From NCBI GenBank assembly GCA_963733195.1, contig CAVTCR010000065.1:78010-142009 (forward strand): a DNA stretch of 64,000 bases, in the 5' to 3' direction. How positions within the stretch are numbered: position 1 is the stretch's first letter; each line of letters starts with the position of its first letter. Of the stretch, positions 10,362-22,651 are shown in pieces. Both the position numbers and the translations under genes were made by a program. Origin of the DNA: an uncultured delta proteobacterium. Its GTDB lineage: Bacteria > Desulfobacterota > Binatia > Bin18. The notes below the pieces were generated by a model that was given only the letters and a program-made list of their open reading frames with translations, did not search any database and was not told the DNA's origin.

Positions 10362-13300
10362 TCATGTACGTAGCGCCTCAAGGAGCGCCTTCGCCTCTTG
10401 CAGATCGGTCGTATCAAACCCTTCGGTGAACCAGCCATAGATTTCTGCCAGAAGTTCTCTGGCTTTTTTCTCTTTCCTTGTTGCTGCCATAACCGACTCA
10501 GGCTCATCGCTGCCCGTAACTCTAACGATTTTGCGTCTTGCTGGCGAGCAATCTCGATCGCTTTGTGAAAACACGCTTCGGCCTCCGCCTGCGCGGAACG
10601 ATGAACGATGAATGATGAGGGATGAATAGGGGAAGCTGCTCGTCCCTTTTTCTTGGTTTTCCGTTCATCATTCTGCATTCTGCGTTCTGCGTTCAGAAGT
10701 AGCTCACCCTTGAGGCGGTACACCTCTGCTGCCCAAAAGGCAGTGGCACTCGTCTCAGTCGTGTGCAACGCTTCCGCTATTGTGGCCAGCCCCTCCTCGA
10801 CGCGATCCACTTGCTGATAGGCGTCCGCCAGAGAAGAGAGATGTAGGGGAAACAAGTGCAATATCTCAGCTCTACGATACTGCGCTACCATTTCCGCAAG
10901 CAGGGAGATCCCTCCTTCAGGCTCTCCACGCCGCACTCGGATACAGGCGAGAAGAATATCTCCCGCCCTGATAAACTCCACGACGCCGTCTTCACGCGCT
11001 AAACTCGCACCTTCCTCAGCAAACCGCTCTGCGTCATTGACTTCACCGCACCAGAGGTGAACCCGCGCCGCATGAATAACGGCTAGGATGAGCGAGAAGC
11101 GATGATCCAGCTCCCTGGCCTGGTGACACGCTTGGTGCGCACGGGCGCGCGCTTGATCAGGCCATCCTGCCAACCACAAGCTCCAGCACGAGACGGCACC
11201 AGCCGTCACCGCTGGATCTATACCAAAGCGTATCACGAGCTCTTGGTGCCACTGGGGATTGTACAGTTCCAACACCCGGGCATGATACTCTAGGGCTTGT
11301 CTCAATGCTCCGCGCGCCATGCTGCTTGTACCCAGATGGGTGTGCAGTTGAATCGCTAACATAGGCTCCTGGATACGTCCCAGCAGACGAAGTTCTTCAC
11401 CCATGAGCTGCTCGATGGCTTCGCGGTCCGCCCGTCGATCGTAAAAGCGGCCCAGGCCCACCAGCACGGACACCAACGTCGCGTCGTCGTTGAGCGCCTG
11501 ACAGAGTTCGCGGGCACGCGCGAGATTCTGTACTAACTCGTCCGTCCCAAAACCTCGGCTTGCGGTGAGGGTCGCAGAGAGAATCATGCGTAGCGCCAGC
11601 TCCTGCCGCTGACGCTCGGGTGTGTCGGGCAATCGCTCCAGCAGGGCGAGCCCTTCGAGACAATGGTCGGTCGCTTGCTGATAGGCACTGCGTCGGAGTG
11701 CACTCTCTGCGGCCTGGCCATGATACTGCGCTGCCCGCCGGTAATCCCGCCCCTCGGTGAAATGGGCTGCCAATTCACTGGCACTCTCCGCTGCCCGCGC
11801 CCCATAATGTTCCTCTTTCCACTCCCCCAACTGCCGGTGCAACCGTATCCGCTGCCCCTGCCCCAGCTGCTCATACACCACCTGCTGATACAAAGCATGC
11901 CGAAACTCGTACCGCACCGTCACTATCCCCTCTACCTCCTCAGCAAGCCCGACCTCCGTAATGAGCTGTTCCTGGCTGGGCTAAGCGGTCATACCCCGCT
12001 TCCACTTCTTCGAGGGGCCGTTCCAGCACGCCCGCCATCTCGGCCGCCGTGAACGTCATCCCGCCCACACTCGCCACTCTTATAGCTGTTGCTCGTCCCC
12101 CGCTAAGCGCTCGAGCTGCCGCAGAATCACTTTCTGCAGTTGGTGGGCACGAGCCGTTTGAGGGTGCTGCGGTCCGCTGTATCTTTACCTGCCGTCACCT
12201 TCACTGAGTACCTCCTGCTGCAGCAGCGCGTCCACAAAACTCACCAGAATAAGGCATTGCCTGGTCGGCGGTAGAGCAGCTGGCTGAGCTCTGTGAGCGC
12301 GGCACTCCGACCAAAGCGCTGCACCAGATACTCCTCCGCTTCTGCTTCGGTGAAAGGGTCGAGCCCTAGTTCCTCACATTGCCGCCGTCCAGCTAGTTCC
12401 TGCACGACCTGCCGCAACGGATGTACTCTCACCACCACGTCTGCGGACCGATACGTTCCCAAAATGTACACCTGCACCGACCGCCGTCGCTGCGCCAAAT
12501 ACTCTATGGCCGCCAGGGTGGCGCCATCACTCCACTGTAAGTCCTCTAGGACCAGCACCAGGACGGAGTCAGCGGCGAGTGCCTCCACCGCCTCGGCGAA
12601 TTCTCGTAACATGCGCTCCTGCCCGCTGCTCTGTACCTGACGCTGTACCGCTTCCTGCTCATCCGCTGGCAACAGGCCAGCGAACTGCACCAGCCATAGC
12701 GGTGCATAGCGGCGCAGCACGGCCAGGATCTCCTCACCATGCGGCCCCTTACACAACTGCCCTAACGCCTCCAGCAGCGGTAAATAGGCTTCGCCCGGCC
12801 CATAGTGTTCAATACATTGCCCGCGGCCAATCCGCACCTGTCCGTCTCCCCGTACTTGATCAAGCAAGCGATCGACCAAGGTGGTCTTGCCGATCCCGGG
12901 CTCGCCGAAGAGGAACACCGTCTGGCGCTCGCCTCGTCGCACACGTTCGAATAACTCACGCAACCGGGCCAGTTCCCGCTCGCGGCCCACAAAATAAGTT
13001 GTCCGTTGCCCGTTCGCAGTTCGCAGTTGTTGAGAGGGAGAGTGCGGCGGTGGGCTACTGGCGACTGGGTACTGACTATTGACTTCTGGCTGGGTAGTCG
13101 TGAGCGAGGCGATGAAGCGATACCCCTGTCTGCCCACTGTCTCGATAAACCGTGGGACAATTGGGTCCTCCTCCAACGCTTGCCGCAACTCCCGCACACA
13201 GACTCTGAGGACCGTCTTGGTGACGTAGATGTCAGGCCATATGCGTTTGAGCAACTCCTTGCTGGTAATGATCTGGCCCGGCCGCTCGGCAAGGTAGCGC

Positions 13301-13440
13301 AAGACGGTTAAGGGCCGCGGCCGCACGGCCATCAAACGGTCTCCCTGCCACAGCCGCTGGGTTCCTTCTACGCGAAAGGGCCCGAAGTACAGGTCAGCCG
13401 CAGTCTGCGTCTGGGTCGGCAGTTGTCTCCTCTGCGCCAT
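10362..13440 (-). CDS. Winged-helix (Trans_reg_C) + AAA ATPase + TPR regulator (frameshifted)
   Basis: [47 protein letters not shown]-terminal [18 protein letters not shown]; ATG 13440 follows AAGGAGG. Confidence 0.85.
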
Positions 13441-13954
13441 CACGACTTTCTTCTTGTCCTCCTTTGCCCCTTCCTGTGTACCCAATCTGAACCGAAATCT
13501 GAACGATAACCCGAACTATAGCTACTACTCCTGAACCATAGCCAGACATAAAGTATCCGCCAGGAAAGGGCAACTCTTGCGTGCGGCGATGAAGCAACAG
13601 GGATGAAGGCAGGACTGCTGGCACGCGGTAACCGCGTGCCAGCGACTTATGGCGCTCGAAACTGACAACGGAGGAGAAACCGTGAACGACAGGAGATTGT
13701 CTCAAGCGAGGCCAAAGGCGGTTCGGCGGTCTCGAGCGGAGGGAAGACCATTATGACCATAGCCGAACTCATATCCTTATGCCGCTTGGAGGAGACGCCA
13801 GCACGGTGAGATCGCCGGTGGAGTAACAGTGGAGCGATGAAGAGGCCCTGGCAGGGCAGTACACCATCAAGAGAAAGAGGAGTCTAAGATGTCGAAAAGA
13901 GATCCCCCTACGAACACGCTGCACACGGTCACAATCGCCTGCAACGGGACAACC

Positions 13955-14001
13955 CGTTCGTGCTGAGTCCTGAGCCCAGTCGAAGGATCGAAGCACGAAC
14001 G
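13955..14001. repeat. REP-like palindromic element
   Basis: CGTTCGTGCT...AGCACGAACG arms around ctgagcccagtcgaagg; a related element lies at ~19665-19700. Confidence 0.6.
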
Positions 14002-14034
14002 ACTGAGAACAACTAAAATTAAAAGGAGACTCCT

Positions 14035-15549
14035 ATGGCAGAGCAAACACAAAAGAAGCCGAACATTCTCGTTATCTGGGGCGATGACATCGGCGTCCAC
14101 AACATCAGCGCCTACAACCACGGCGTCATGGGTTACCGCACGCCCAACATCGATCGCATCGCAAGGAGGGCGCGCTCTTCACCGACGCCTACGCGCAGCA
14201 GAGCTGCACCGCCGGCCGGGCGTCGTTCATCCTCGGGCAGCACCCGTTCCGAACCGGACTTCTCACCATTGGGATGCCGGGATCGGAGCACGGGATCCCG
14301 GACTGGTCGCCGACCATCGCCGACCTGCTCAAGGAGCAGGGCTATGTCTGCGGCCAGTTCGGCAAGAACCACCTCGGCGACCGTGACAAACACCTGCCGA
14401 CCGCGCACGGCTTCGACGAGTTCTTCGGCAATCTCTATCACCTCAATGCCGAGGAAGAACCCGAGACCTACTACTACCCGAAGAATCCCGAGTTCAAGAA
14501 GAAGTACGGGCCGCGCGGCGTGCTCCACTCATTTGCTGGCGGCAAGATCGAAGATACCGGCCCGCTCACGACGAAGCGCATGGAGACAATCGACGACGAG
14601 ATCCACGGCGCCGCCAAGTCCTTCATCGATCGCTCGGTCAAAGATGGCAAGCCGTTCTTCGTGTGGTTCAACACGACGCGCATGCACGTCTGGACCCACC
14701 TGAAGAAAGAGACCTATGGCCGTACCGGCGTCGGCATCTACGCCGACGGCATGTGCGAGCTCGACGACAAGGTCGGCGCTCTGCTCAAGCAGCTCGATGA
14801 CCTGAAGATCGCCGACAACACCATCGTGGTGTTCTCGACCGACAACGGCGCCGAGACATTTTCCTGGCCCGATGGCGGGACGACTCCTTTCCACGGCGAG
14901 AAGGGCACCACCTGGGAAGGAGGTTTCCGCGTGCCGCTGGTCGTGCGCTGGCCGGGCGTCATCAAGCCCGGCACGATCTACAACGACATCATCTCGCAGG
15001 AAGACTGGATGCCAACGCTGCTCGCGGCGGCAGGCGAGCCGGACATCGTCGAGAAATTGAAGAAGGGGTACAAGGCCAACGGGAAGACCTTCAAGATTCA
15101 CGCCGACGGCTACAACTTCCTGCCCTATTTCAAAGGAGAGGTGAAGACGGGGCCACGCCAGGAGATCTACTACTTTAGTCAGGGCGGGGAGTTGAACGCC
15201 ATTCGCGTCCTAAACTGGAAGATTCATTTCGCCACCCAGGTCGGCAACATCGCGACCGGGACGCGCTCGACACCTGGCTGGCCGCTGCTCGTCAACCTGC
15301 GCGCAGACCCCTACGAGAAGGGTCCCGAACGAGGCGGACCTTGGGGTACCTCCGTTGGTACGGGGACAACCTGTGGACCTTTGTTCCCGCCCAGGAGTAC
15401 ATCAAGAAATTCCTGGCGACCATCCCGACTACCCATTCCAGGAAGGCAGCAGCCTGAACGCCGCGGGAATCAACTACCAGACCTTGAAGGCGGGCGCGGC
15501 CCTGAAACGCCTGCACGAACTCGAGACGCTCTCGCTTCCGGCAGCCTGA
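14035..15549 (+). CDS. Arylsulfatase (Cys-type, frameshifted)
   Basis: [22 protein letters not shown] formylglycine motif, [27 protein letters not shown]. Confidence 0.9.
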
Positions 15550-15715
15550 GCGATTCTGTGTACAGAGGCGGACGTACTCGGCGTGGGTCTCCTGATCCCG
15601 CCGAAAACGCCGACCGTAGGTCTCTGGTGCACCCAGTGGAACGGTCAAGAGACCGAGCTGCAGGTCATCAGGCAGCGGCGGTACATGGTTCCGTCGCTGC
15701 CCCAAGGAGCACAAC

Positions 15716-16588
15716 GTGGAAAATCTCCCGGCTTATGTCAAACTCCTCTCCTTCCTCTTCATCATCATTTATATGATCTCGGTCATGTTAGAGACGACCC
15801 GCAGGGACCTGATCGAAACGCTCGGGGATTGGAGCCTGACGGGCCGGGCGCTGGTGGCCAACGTCGTGCTGGTCCCACTGCTCGGCCTTGGCCTGGCACA
15901 ACTGTTCGAGTTGCGCCCGGAAGTGCGCCTCGGCTTCCTCTTGCTCGCCCTCACCCCGGGGGGGCCCTTTGCCCTGCAATTCGCCCGTGTCTCCAAAGGC
16001 AATCGTGTCCTTGCCGTAGCACTCTTAATTCTCCTGTCCATCGTCGCTGTTTTATTTACGCCGACGCTCTCCGAGTGGCTCTTTCCCCCGGGAACAGGTA
16101 GGGTGCCGTTCGTGTGGCTGCTCATGCTGTTGCTAGTGCTGATTATCGCGCCGCTGCTAGTGGGGCGGGCGCTGCAGCGACTCATGCCCGAGATTGCGCC
16201 AAAACTCGGCCGCTTCCTAGGCACGTTGTCGATCGTGATCTTCATCATCGGGGCAGTGAGTACCGGGAGGTACAAAACGCCGGCCGTCAAGTCAATGGGC
16301 GTGGAGGGGCTCGTGGCGATTATCGCCTTGACCGCCGGCGCATGGATTATCGGCTGGCTGCTGGGTGGGCCGGAGATCAGAAATCGCAAGGTGTTCGCGA
16401 TCAGCACGAGTATGCGGAACGTCGGAGTGTGTTTCCCGATCGCGGTCAACTACTTTCCCGGCACGGAGGTCGTTGCCCCCATCCTGGCCTTCAGTGGTAT
16501 TTCGATCCCGATGAATATGCTATTCGCGCTCATCACGGGCCGTACGTTGCGTGACCCGGAGGCAAGCGCCAGACCGGTCAAGGCGTGA
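15716..16588 (+). CDS. Bile acid:sodium symporter family protein
   Basis: Hydrophobic; ANVVLVPL, PGGPFA, SMRNVG motifs. Confidence 0.8.
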   Translation: MENLPAYVKLLSFLFIIIYMISVMLETTRRDLIETLGDWSLTGRALVANVVLVPLLGLGLAQLFELRPEVRLGFLLLALTPGGPFALQFARVSKGNRVLAVALLILLSIVAVLFTPTLSEWLFPPGTGRVPFVWLLMLLLVLIIAPLLVGRALQRLMPEIAPKLGRFLGTLSIVIFIIGAVSTGRYKTPAVKSMGVEGLVAIIALTAGAWIIGWLLGGPEIRNRKVFAISTSMRNVGVCFPIAVNYFPGTEVVAPILAFSGISIPMNMLFALITGRTLRDPEASARPVKA

Positions 16589-16653
16589 ATTCAAGAGTCG
16601 TCAGGATAAACAAAAAGAAGATAAAAGGCGCAGCGGTACGGGAGGAGACACTG

Positions 16654-17103
16654 ATGGGAGAGCCAGGAGCGCAGACCGGTGAAGCCACCGTCACTGCGAT
16701 CACGAGGTGGGTGGAACACGCCGCGACGGGGATCGAGTTACTCGCCGTCGTGATCATCGTGGCGGTGATCCTCACAGCGACCGTCCTGTATGTGTCCCAG
16801 GTCCTGGCCCAGCAGGCGGACGTACTCACCTACAAGAACTACCGTCAGCAGGTCGCACGCGCCTTGCTCCTGGGGCTGGAAATCCTGGTGGCCGCCGATG
16901 TCATCCGCACCGTCGCTCTGGAGCCGACATTACAGAACGTGCTTGTCCTGGGTCTACTGGTGCTGATCCGCACTTTCTTGGGATGGTCACTCGTGGTTGA
17001 GATTGAGGAACGCTGGCCTTGGCAGCCGTTACGAGTGGAAACAGAAGGTAGTCACGCTGGCAGCAAAGGGGCACGCGAGGCTCGCAGTGAAGAGCGCGGG
17101 TGA
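16654..17103 (+). CDS. DUF1622 membrane protein
   Basis: LLLGLEILVAADVIRTV...LIRTFLGWSL.VEIE..WPW. Confidence 0.85.
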   Translation: MGEPGAQTGEATVTAITRWVEHAATGIELLAVVIIVAVILTATVLYVSQVLAQQADVLTYKNYRQQVARALLLGLEILVAADVIRTVALEPTLQNVLVLGLLVLIRTFLGWSLVVEIEERWPWQPLRVETEGSHAGSKGAREARSEERG

Positions 17104-17347
17104 AGGCGGCAGTCGAGAGAACAAGAACAACAGTTTGAGTGAAAGTGGCTTCATCTGTAAAAGTCAAGACTTGATCTGACAAAGTGTGAGATTTCTCTTC
17201 GTTGTCAGGTTGATCACAGTGTCCGCTCGACTACGCCGCTTCGCAGCGTAGAGGGTGCTTCAGAAGCGCACAATTTTGGCATAGAGACACTAGTAGGAAA
17301 TGACTTACTCGCCGTGCAGCCCCGGCGACAAAGATGGCACCAGGTAT

Positions 17348-18210
17348 GAGAATGTTTCTTGGTCATTGTCCTGATAAGCGTGCTGACAACGGCTTGCCGC
17401 TTAACTGGCGTCCAACCCCTTGTTGCCGCTCACCGTCGAGCAACAGTCGCTTCCCCCCGCATCACCATCGTCAGTTGGAACGTTCACAAACAGCGCGACA
17501 CGCGCCTGCAAGCGGATCTCCACGCCCTCCTTCGTCAGCAGCGTCCAGCGTTGGTGTTTCTCCAGGAAGCTACGGCGGCGTTGCTAGACTCAACGCCTAT
17601 GCCTGGCCACTTCGCTCCCAGTTGGCAATACCCATTGCTTGATGGGTCTGCGTCTGGGGTGCTGACCTTCTCGCAGGTCGCTCCGACCCGGAACGAGGTG
17701 ATACCGACGCGCTGGCGGGAACTCTTTCTCGCCACGCCCAAGGTGGCCTTGGCCACGGAGTATCTCCTGCCCGATGGCGCCCGGTTGCTGACTGTCAACG
17801 TGCATTGCCTGAATTTCGAGCGTTGGGGGACGTTGAAGTTCCGCTCGCAGCTCACTGCGCTCCAGGGGCTGATGGCCAAGCATACGGGCCCGATTCTTCT
17901 GGTCGGGGATTTCAACACCTGGAATCAGCGGCGGCTGCGGCTCGTGACGGCCCTGGCGCGGGACCTCCAGCTGATGGAAGTGAGAGGGTTTTCCGGCGCC
18001 CTCAAGACGGGGGATCGCCAGTCCGCGGCTTTGAACTGGCTTTTGGGCATTGATCGAGATCTCTCGCTTGATCGGGTCTACTATCGTGGCTTATCTCTCC
18101 TCTCTGCCACGGTGTTGCCCTTTACGTCGTCTGACCATCGCGCACTGCAGGTGACCTTTGCCGTGGAGGGTGAGGTCCTACGCCCTGGATTCCCGCTTTC
18201 GCGGGAATGA
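17348..18210 (+). CDS. Endonuclease/exonuclease/phosphatase family protein (YafD-like); start uncertain
   Basis: SWNVHK, LQEA, NVHCLNF, GDFNTW, LDRVYYRG, SDH. Confidence 0.85.
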
Positions 18211-18349
18211 TCTTCCCTGGTGCATTTCGGGAAAAACTTGCTTCTAAAAGAAGGGAAAGATAGGAAGATCTTGCAGCCCGCGGTCTATAGCCTTAAGCCT
18301 TGCCCATGGTGACTATTGACTGCTCGATTATACAAAAGGAGGAGAAGTT

Positions 18350-19553
18350 ATGACTAGTCGTTTGCCGTTTATCGACAGTGATGCGCATGTCATAGAGCCG
18401 GTCGGACATGTTCGAGAAATATCTGGAGCCCAAATTTCGCGATCGGATGCCATACGCCTGCGCCGATTATCAAGGAGAACCGTTGGCGTTCGGTTTTGAG
18501 TTAAGAATTCCCGCACCCAATGGCGGCGAATACGTGATGCCCTTTGGTCGTGATCCGCTGACGGGTAAGAATACCATCGATCAGCATTCTCATTTTGCTT
18601 CGCTTGAGGCGGGGTCGCGTATCGCGTTACCCGGCCAGGATGATGCCTATGCGGAATTCGCACGTCAGGGATTTCCGCCTGAGATGTATAAACTGGCGAT
18701 GGAGCGGACAGGGATCGATTACATGGTTGTGTATCCCTCGGCTGGGTTATTGACGACGGCGGTTCCCGACCTCGAAGCGGATAGAGCCGCAGCATATCGT
18801 CGCGCCTATAACAATTGGCTGCACGATTTTTGTTCAGCGACAGAAGGGCGCGTCTTCGGCGCAGCCTCTGTGGATTTGCGCGATGCAGAAGAAGCCGCTC
18901 GCGAAGCCCGCCGGTGTGTGAAGGAGTTCGATTTCAAGGCCGTGCACATCAACCCGGTGCCAGTCGGCGAGCACCGGCTCTACGACGATTTCTATGAACC
19001 CTTATGGAATACGTTGGAAGATCTGAACGTACCGCTCGCGGTCCATACCGGCACCGGAACTACCGCTGATGAGATGCTCTATTACTATCTGCCGCGGTTG
19101 CGGACAGCGCAAACGACAGTGGCCTTTACGATGGGTAACATGCTGGCGTGTACGGCCTTGATCATGGGTGGAGTGCTCGAACGTCATCCCAAGCTTAGGG
19201 TCGTGCATTTGGAGTCTGGCGCCGGCTGGGTGCCGTTTTGGCTCGATCGTCTTGCCGCGAGCGTACAAGGCGGCTTCCGCGGCTTGGATATTCCAGGTCT
19301 GAAGCTGCATCCCATGGAGTACTTCAAGCGGCAGTGCTTCGTCTCCGCCGATCCTGATGATCCGGGGATCAAACAAGTCATTGACTATCTTGGCGACGAG
19401 AACATTGTGACCGCCACCGATTTCAGCCATCCAGAAGGACGCCGCTATGAGGTCGCGGTCAAAGAGATTATGGAGCTGCCGGGCGTGTCGCTCGAAAGCA
19501 AGAAGAAAATCATGTGGGACAATGCGCTGAAGTTGTATCCAATTCGCCCGTAG
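18350..19553 (+). CDS. Amidohydrolase_2 family protein (one frameshift near the 5' end)
   Basis: AGGAGG RBS; IDSDAHVIEP, GGVLERHPKLRVVHLESGAGW, TDFSHPE. Confidence 0.88.
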
Positions 19554-19876
19554 AAAGAGAACCCTGTAGGGCGGGCTATGCCTGCCAGTGAGGGGCTAAA
19601 TCGAACCACAGGAGATTGGCACAGTCCCTGACAGAAATCCCCCCGCGCGAAGCCTGTAGTGAGCCCTTCGACTCCGCTGCGCTGCGCTCAGGACAGGCTT
19701 TGCGAAAGGGGCATTTGGGTTCCTTCCTTTGGCCTGCCACCGGCCACAGGTGGAAAAGGAGGGACAGGGAGGATTTCACAGCAAGTGTAAATGTCTGTGG
19801 AGAAATCGAAGCATCCCTCTGCGTAGGCAGCGAAGCAGCAGCGCGGCATGCATTCAGACAGAAGGAAGAGAGCTTT

Positions 19877-21080
19877 ATGACAAGCAAGACGTACGACATC
19901 ATCACAGTTGGTGGTGGCTTAGGCGGTGCAGCTTGGCCAAGGCGATGGCCGAACATGGGCACGGGTGCTGGTAGTCGAGCGCGAGACAGCAGTTCAAGGA
20001 TCGAGTGCGGGGAGAGTTCTTGGCACCCTGGGGTGTGGCCGAAGCACGGGAACTCGGTATCTACAACCTCCTACGGGACACTTGTGGACAAGATTTACCC
20101 TGGTTTGACCAATATTTTGGAGTGGTGCGAGGAGAGCGCCGGGACTTTGCCGCCACGACCCCGCAGCATCTGCCAGCTTTCACCTTTTACCATCCTGCAA
20201 TGCAAGAAGTGTTACTGCAAGCTACTAGTGAGGCAGGAGCAGAGGTCCGCCGAGGTGCTCACGTGCGCAACGTGAAGCCAGGAAGGACACCATCGGTGAC
20301 GGTGGAATACGACGGCAACGAGGAAGAACTTCATCTCGGCTCGTCATCGGAGTCGATGGCCGAGCCTCGATGGTACGCAATTGGGCGGGCTTTCCTGTGC
20401 AGCATGACCCGGAACAGTTGCTCATAGCCGGAGTGTTGCTTGAGGGGATGAGGGTGCTTGAAGACAATGTCTTCCACATTGTCTCTACCCCAGGAGTGAG
20501 TGGGGTCTTTTTGGCTCCGCAGGGGAATCAGCGAGTGCGCGCATATCTAGTCTGGCATAGAGAGGCGCAATACCGATTGCAAGGGGAAAAGGACTTGTCA
20601 CGTTTCATCGCGGAATCAGTCAGAACTGGTGGCGCAGCAGAATGGTATGCTGGTGTGAGAGCGAACGGTCCACTTGCTACTTTTGAAGGAGCTGACACGT
20701 GGGTGGAGCATCCGTACAAGGAGGGAATAGTCCTTGTCGGAGATGCAGCAGCCGCGACCGATCCAACTTATGGGCAAGGCTTGTCTCTAACCGTGCGCGA
20801 CGTGCGAGTCTTACGCGATGCCCTCCTCAATCACGAGGACTGGGACGTGGCAGGGCATGCCTATGCAGTGGAACGCGACCGATACTACAACGCAATCCAC
20901 ACCATCACGCGCTGGTCAACGCAGGTGTTTTACGAGCCGGGACCGACTGCCGATGCCCGCCGCGCTCAAGCGCTCCCCCTCATTGCGCAAGACCCCACCC
21001 GTGTACCTGACCACGTTTTCAGCGGACCGGAACTGCCAGTGAATGAGACCGTCAGACGACGATTTTTCGGAGAGGAATAG
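19877..21080 (+). CDS. FAD-dependent monooxygenase/oxidoreductase (frameshifted)
   Basis: YDIITVGGGLGG, DRVRGE, VLVGDAAAATDPTYGQGLS. Confidence 0.85.
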
Positions 21081-21156
21081 AAAAATACCCTACAGCCTGG
21101 GAATTTTGTCTCCGCTACTTGATTCCTAGCCGTTTACTTTGTGAAACGTATGAATC

Positions 21157-21489
21157 ATGAAATTGCCTAACGGAGGACGTGCATACCTTGGAACGAAATT
21201 GGAAGAGTACACTCTCAATCCGCTCCATCGCGATGGCAGAAACAAGGCGCGTGTATTTGATTCAGTGCTCGGCATCACCCTCGCTAATGCCGATGTTTTA
21301 CGCGACGCGCTTCACAGCGCTGCGGCTCATACTGACAGTGCTGAATCGAGAGGCGACAATGGCTTTGGCAATGTCTATGTCGTGCGGTTTCCTCTGAGAA
21401 CAACGAAGGGTGCTGCGACCATAATAAGTGGGTGGATTATTCGTCACGGAGAAGACTTTCCTCGACTGACCACTTGCTATATCGTGTGA
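21157..21489 (+). CDS. DUF6883-like protein (putative toxin-like nuclease)
   Basis: MKLPN..A....KL..Y.LNP.H..G..KARVF, C-terminal WII......PRLTT. Confidence 0.75.
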   Translation: MKLPNGGRAYLGTKLEEYTLNPLHRDGRNKARVFDSVLGITLANADVLRDALHSAAAHTDSAESRGDNGFGNVYVVRFPLRTTKGAATIISGWIIRHGEDFPRLTTCYIV

Positions 21490-21492
21490 GGT

Positions 21493-21738
21493 ATGAATGA
21501 CGATATCCATCTGCATGATGTCGTGGCTTTGTTAGAAGACTTAGCAGCCGCGCATTTCGAAACAGGGCAGCCACTCCGCTTGCGCCGCGGTCAAATCGGT
21601 ACAGTTGTCATGACCTACGACGGTGCGACGTTCGAGGTGGAATTTTCTGGGCCGGACGGGCATGCCTACGCGATTCTGCCAGTTGCTGCGAATAAGCTCA
21701 TAGTCCTGCGGGACACACCCGAGGAGGCCGCTGCGTGA
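21493..21738 (+). CDS. DUF4926 domain protein
   Basis: DVVALLED...LRRGQIGTVV...FEVEFS..DG..YA; usual partner of DUF6883. Confidence 0.8.
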   Translation: MNDDIHLHDVVALLEDLAAAHFETGQPLRLRRGQIGTVVMTYDGATFEVEFSGPDGHAYAILPVAANKLIVLRDTPEEAAA

Positions 21739-21800
21739 TCGACGCGCGAGTCTTTCACCGATAGCTTTCTTTCAATACCTTAGAAGAGTTGATTGCCCAT

Positions 21801-21869
21801 TTATGATAATTCCTCCAGCAGCCCCTTCGCCTCTCGCAAGTCCTTCGTGTCAAACCCCTCAGTGAACCA
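21801..21869 (-). pseudogene. Isolated C-terminal remnant of an AAA-TPR family gene
   Basis: Translates to [22 protein letters not shown]. Confidence 0.85.
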
Positions 21870-21943
21870 AGTGTTCAATGCACTGTCCCTGACCCACCCA
21901 GAGGGCAGGCTTGAGACTTTGGGATATAGGATTTAGATGAAGA

Positions 21944-22013
21944 GTAGGGTGGGTACCTCCCACCGTGCCTACCCCGGCGAACTCCTCTTCATGGTGGGCC
22001 AAGCTCACCCTAC
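21944..22013. repeat. GTAG-type REP pair
   Basis: GTAGGGTGGG..CCCACC ... GGTGGG..CACCCTAC inverted pair. Confidence 0.6.
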
Positions 22014-22119
22014 GTTGAGAGAGGCTCTGTAAAAATTAGAGGAATTGGTGGCGTTCTTTGTTCACATTCTGGGGCAAGAGCAGTGGCCATGCGGGCCATA
22101 ACCGGGAATACCCTGAAAA

Positions 22120-22160
22120 TGTTCAGTCGGAATGAACAATTTGTTCACCCTATTGTTACG
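22120..22160 (+). promoter_or_regulatory. Conserved upstream motif, copy 1
   Basis: TGTTCA-gtcggaa-TGAACA-att-TGTTCA-ccctattg-TTACG, 50 nt before ATG 22210. Confidence 0.7.
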
Positions 22161-22209
22161 CTTACATCATAAGCAAACCAAAAAAATCCTAACGAAGGAG
22201 GGATATCAT

Positions 22210-22584
22210 ATGGCAGCAGGAAAACAGGTCGGGGAATTTTCGCTCAAGACCACCTCACTCACCTTGACGCCTGGACCAGGTGGTAGTGTTCTCGTGCAAG
22301 GGAATTTCGAAGGATCCTCCGCAGCCTTTGGGACCATCCTCCGCACGGCAACGTTCGTGAGTGTGGGGGCTAAGAGCGGGACCTATAGTGTGTGTGCGGC
22401 GGCGTACCTGGAGAATGGTGACAGCCTCACTGGCAACGGTCAGGGGACCTTTGAGAGTATCGGCCGCCACAAATGGCGTGCCCAGGAGTTGATCCACATC
22501 TCCGATGGCCGGACCTTCAATGTCGAAAGTGAGATTGACTTTGCCACGCGCACGTGGACCGGGAAGATCTTCGAGAGAAGCTGA
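22210..22584 (+). CDS. Hypothetical beta-rich protein
   Basis: AAGGAGG RBS; 124-aa ORF MAAGKQVGEFSLK...; followed by a hairpin. Confidence 0.7.
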   Translation: MAAGKQVGEFSLKTTSLTLTPGPGGSVLVQGNFEGSSAAFGTILRTATFVSVGAKSGTYSVCAAAYLENGDSLTGNGQGTFESIGRHKWRAQELIHISDGRTFNVESEIDFATRTWTGKIFERS

Positions 22585-22599
22585 GCGGACTGAGGGTCA

Positions 22600-22631
22600 C
22601 CGGTCGGGTGGGTCACGACCCATCCGACCGG
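22600..22631. terminator. Strong hairpin (possible terminator or processing site)
   Basis: ccggtcgggtgggtc-ac-gacccatccgaccgg; no U-tract. Confidence 0.45.
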
Positions 22632-22651
22632 GCTCTGTGAGGAGTGAAACT

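Noticed and set aside
19616-19876. N-terminal extension of ORF 19616-20275
   Set aside because: It reads through a REP-like element; the real gene begins at ATG 19877 with the FAD-binding motif
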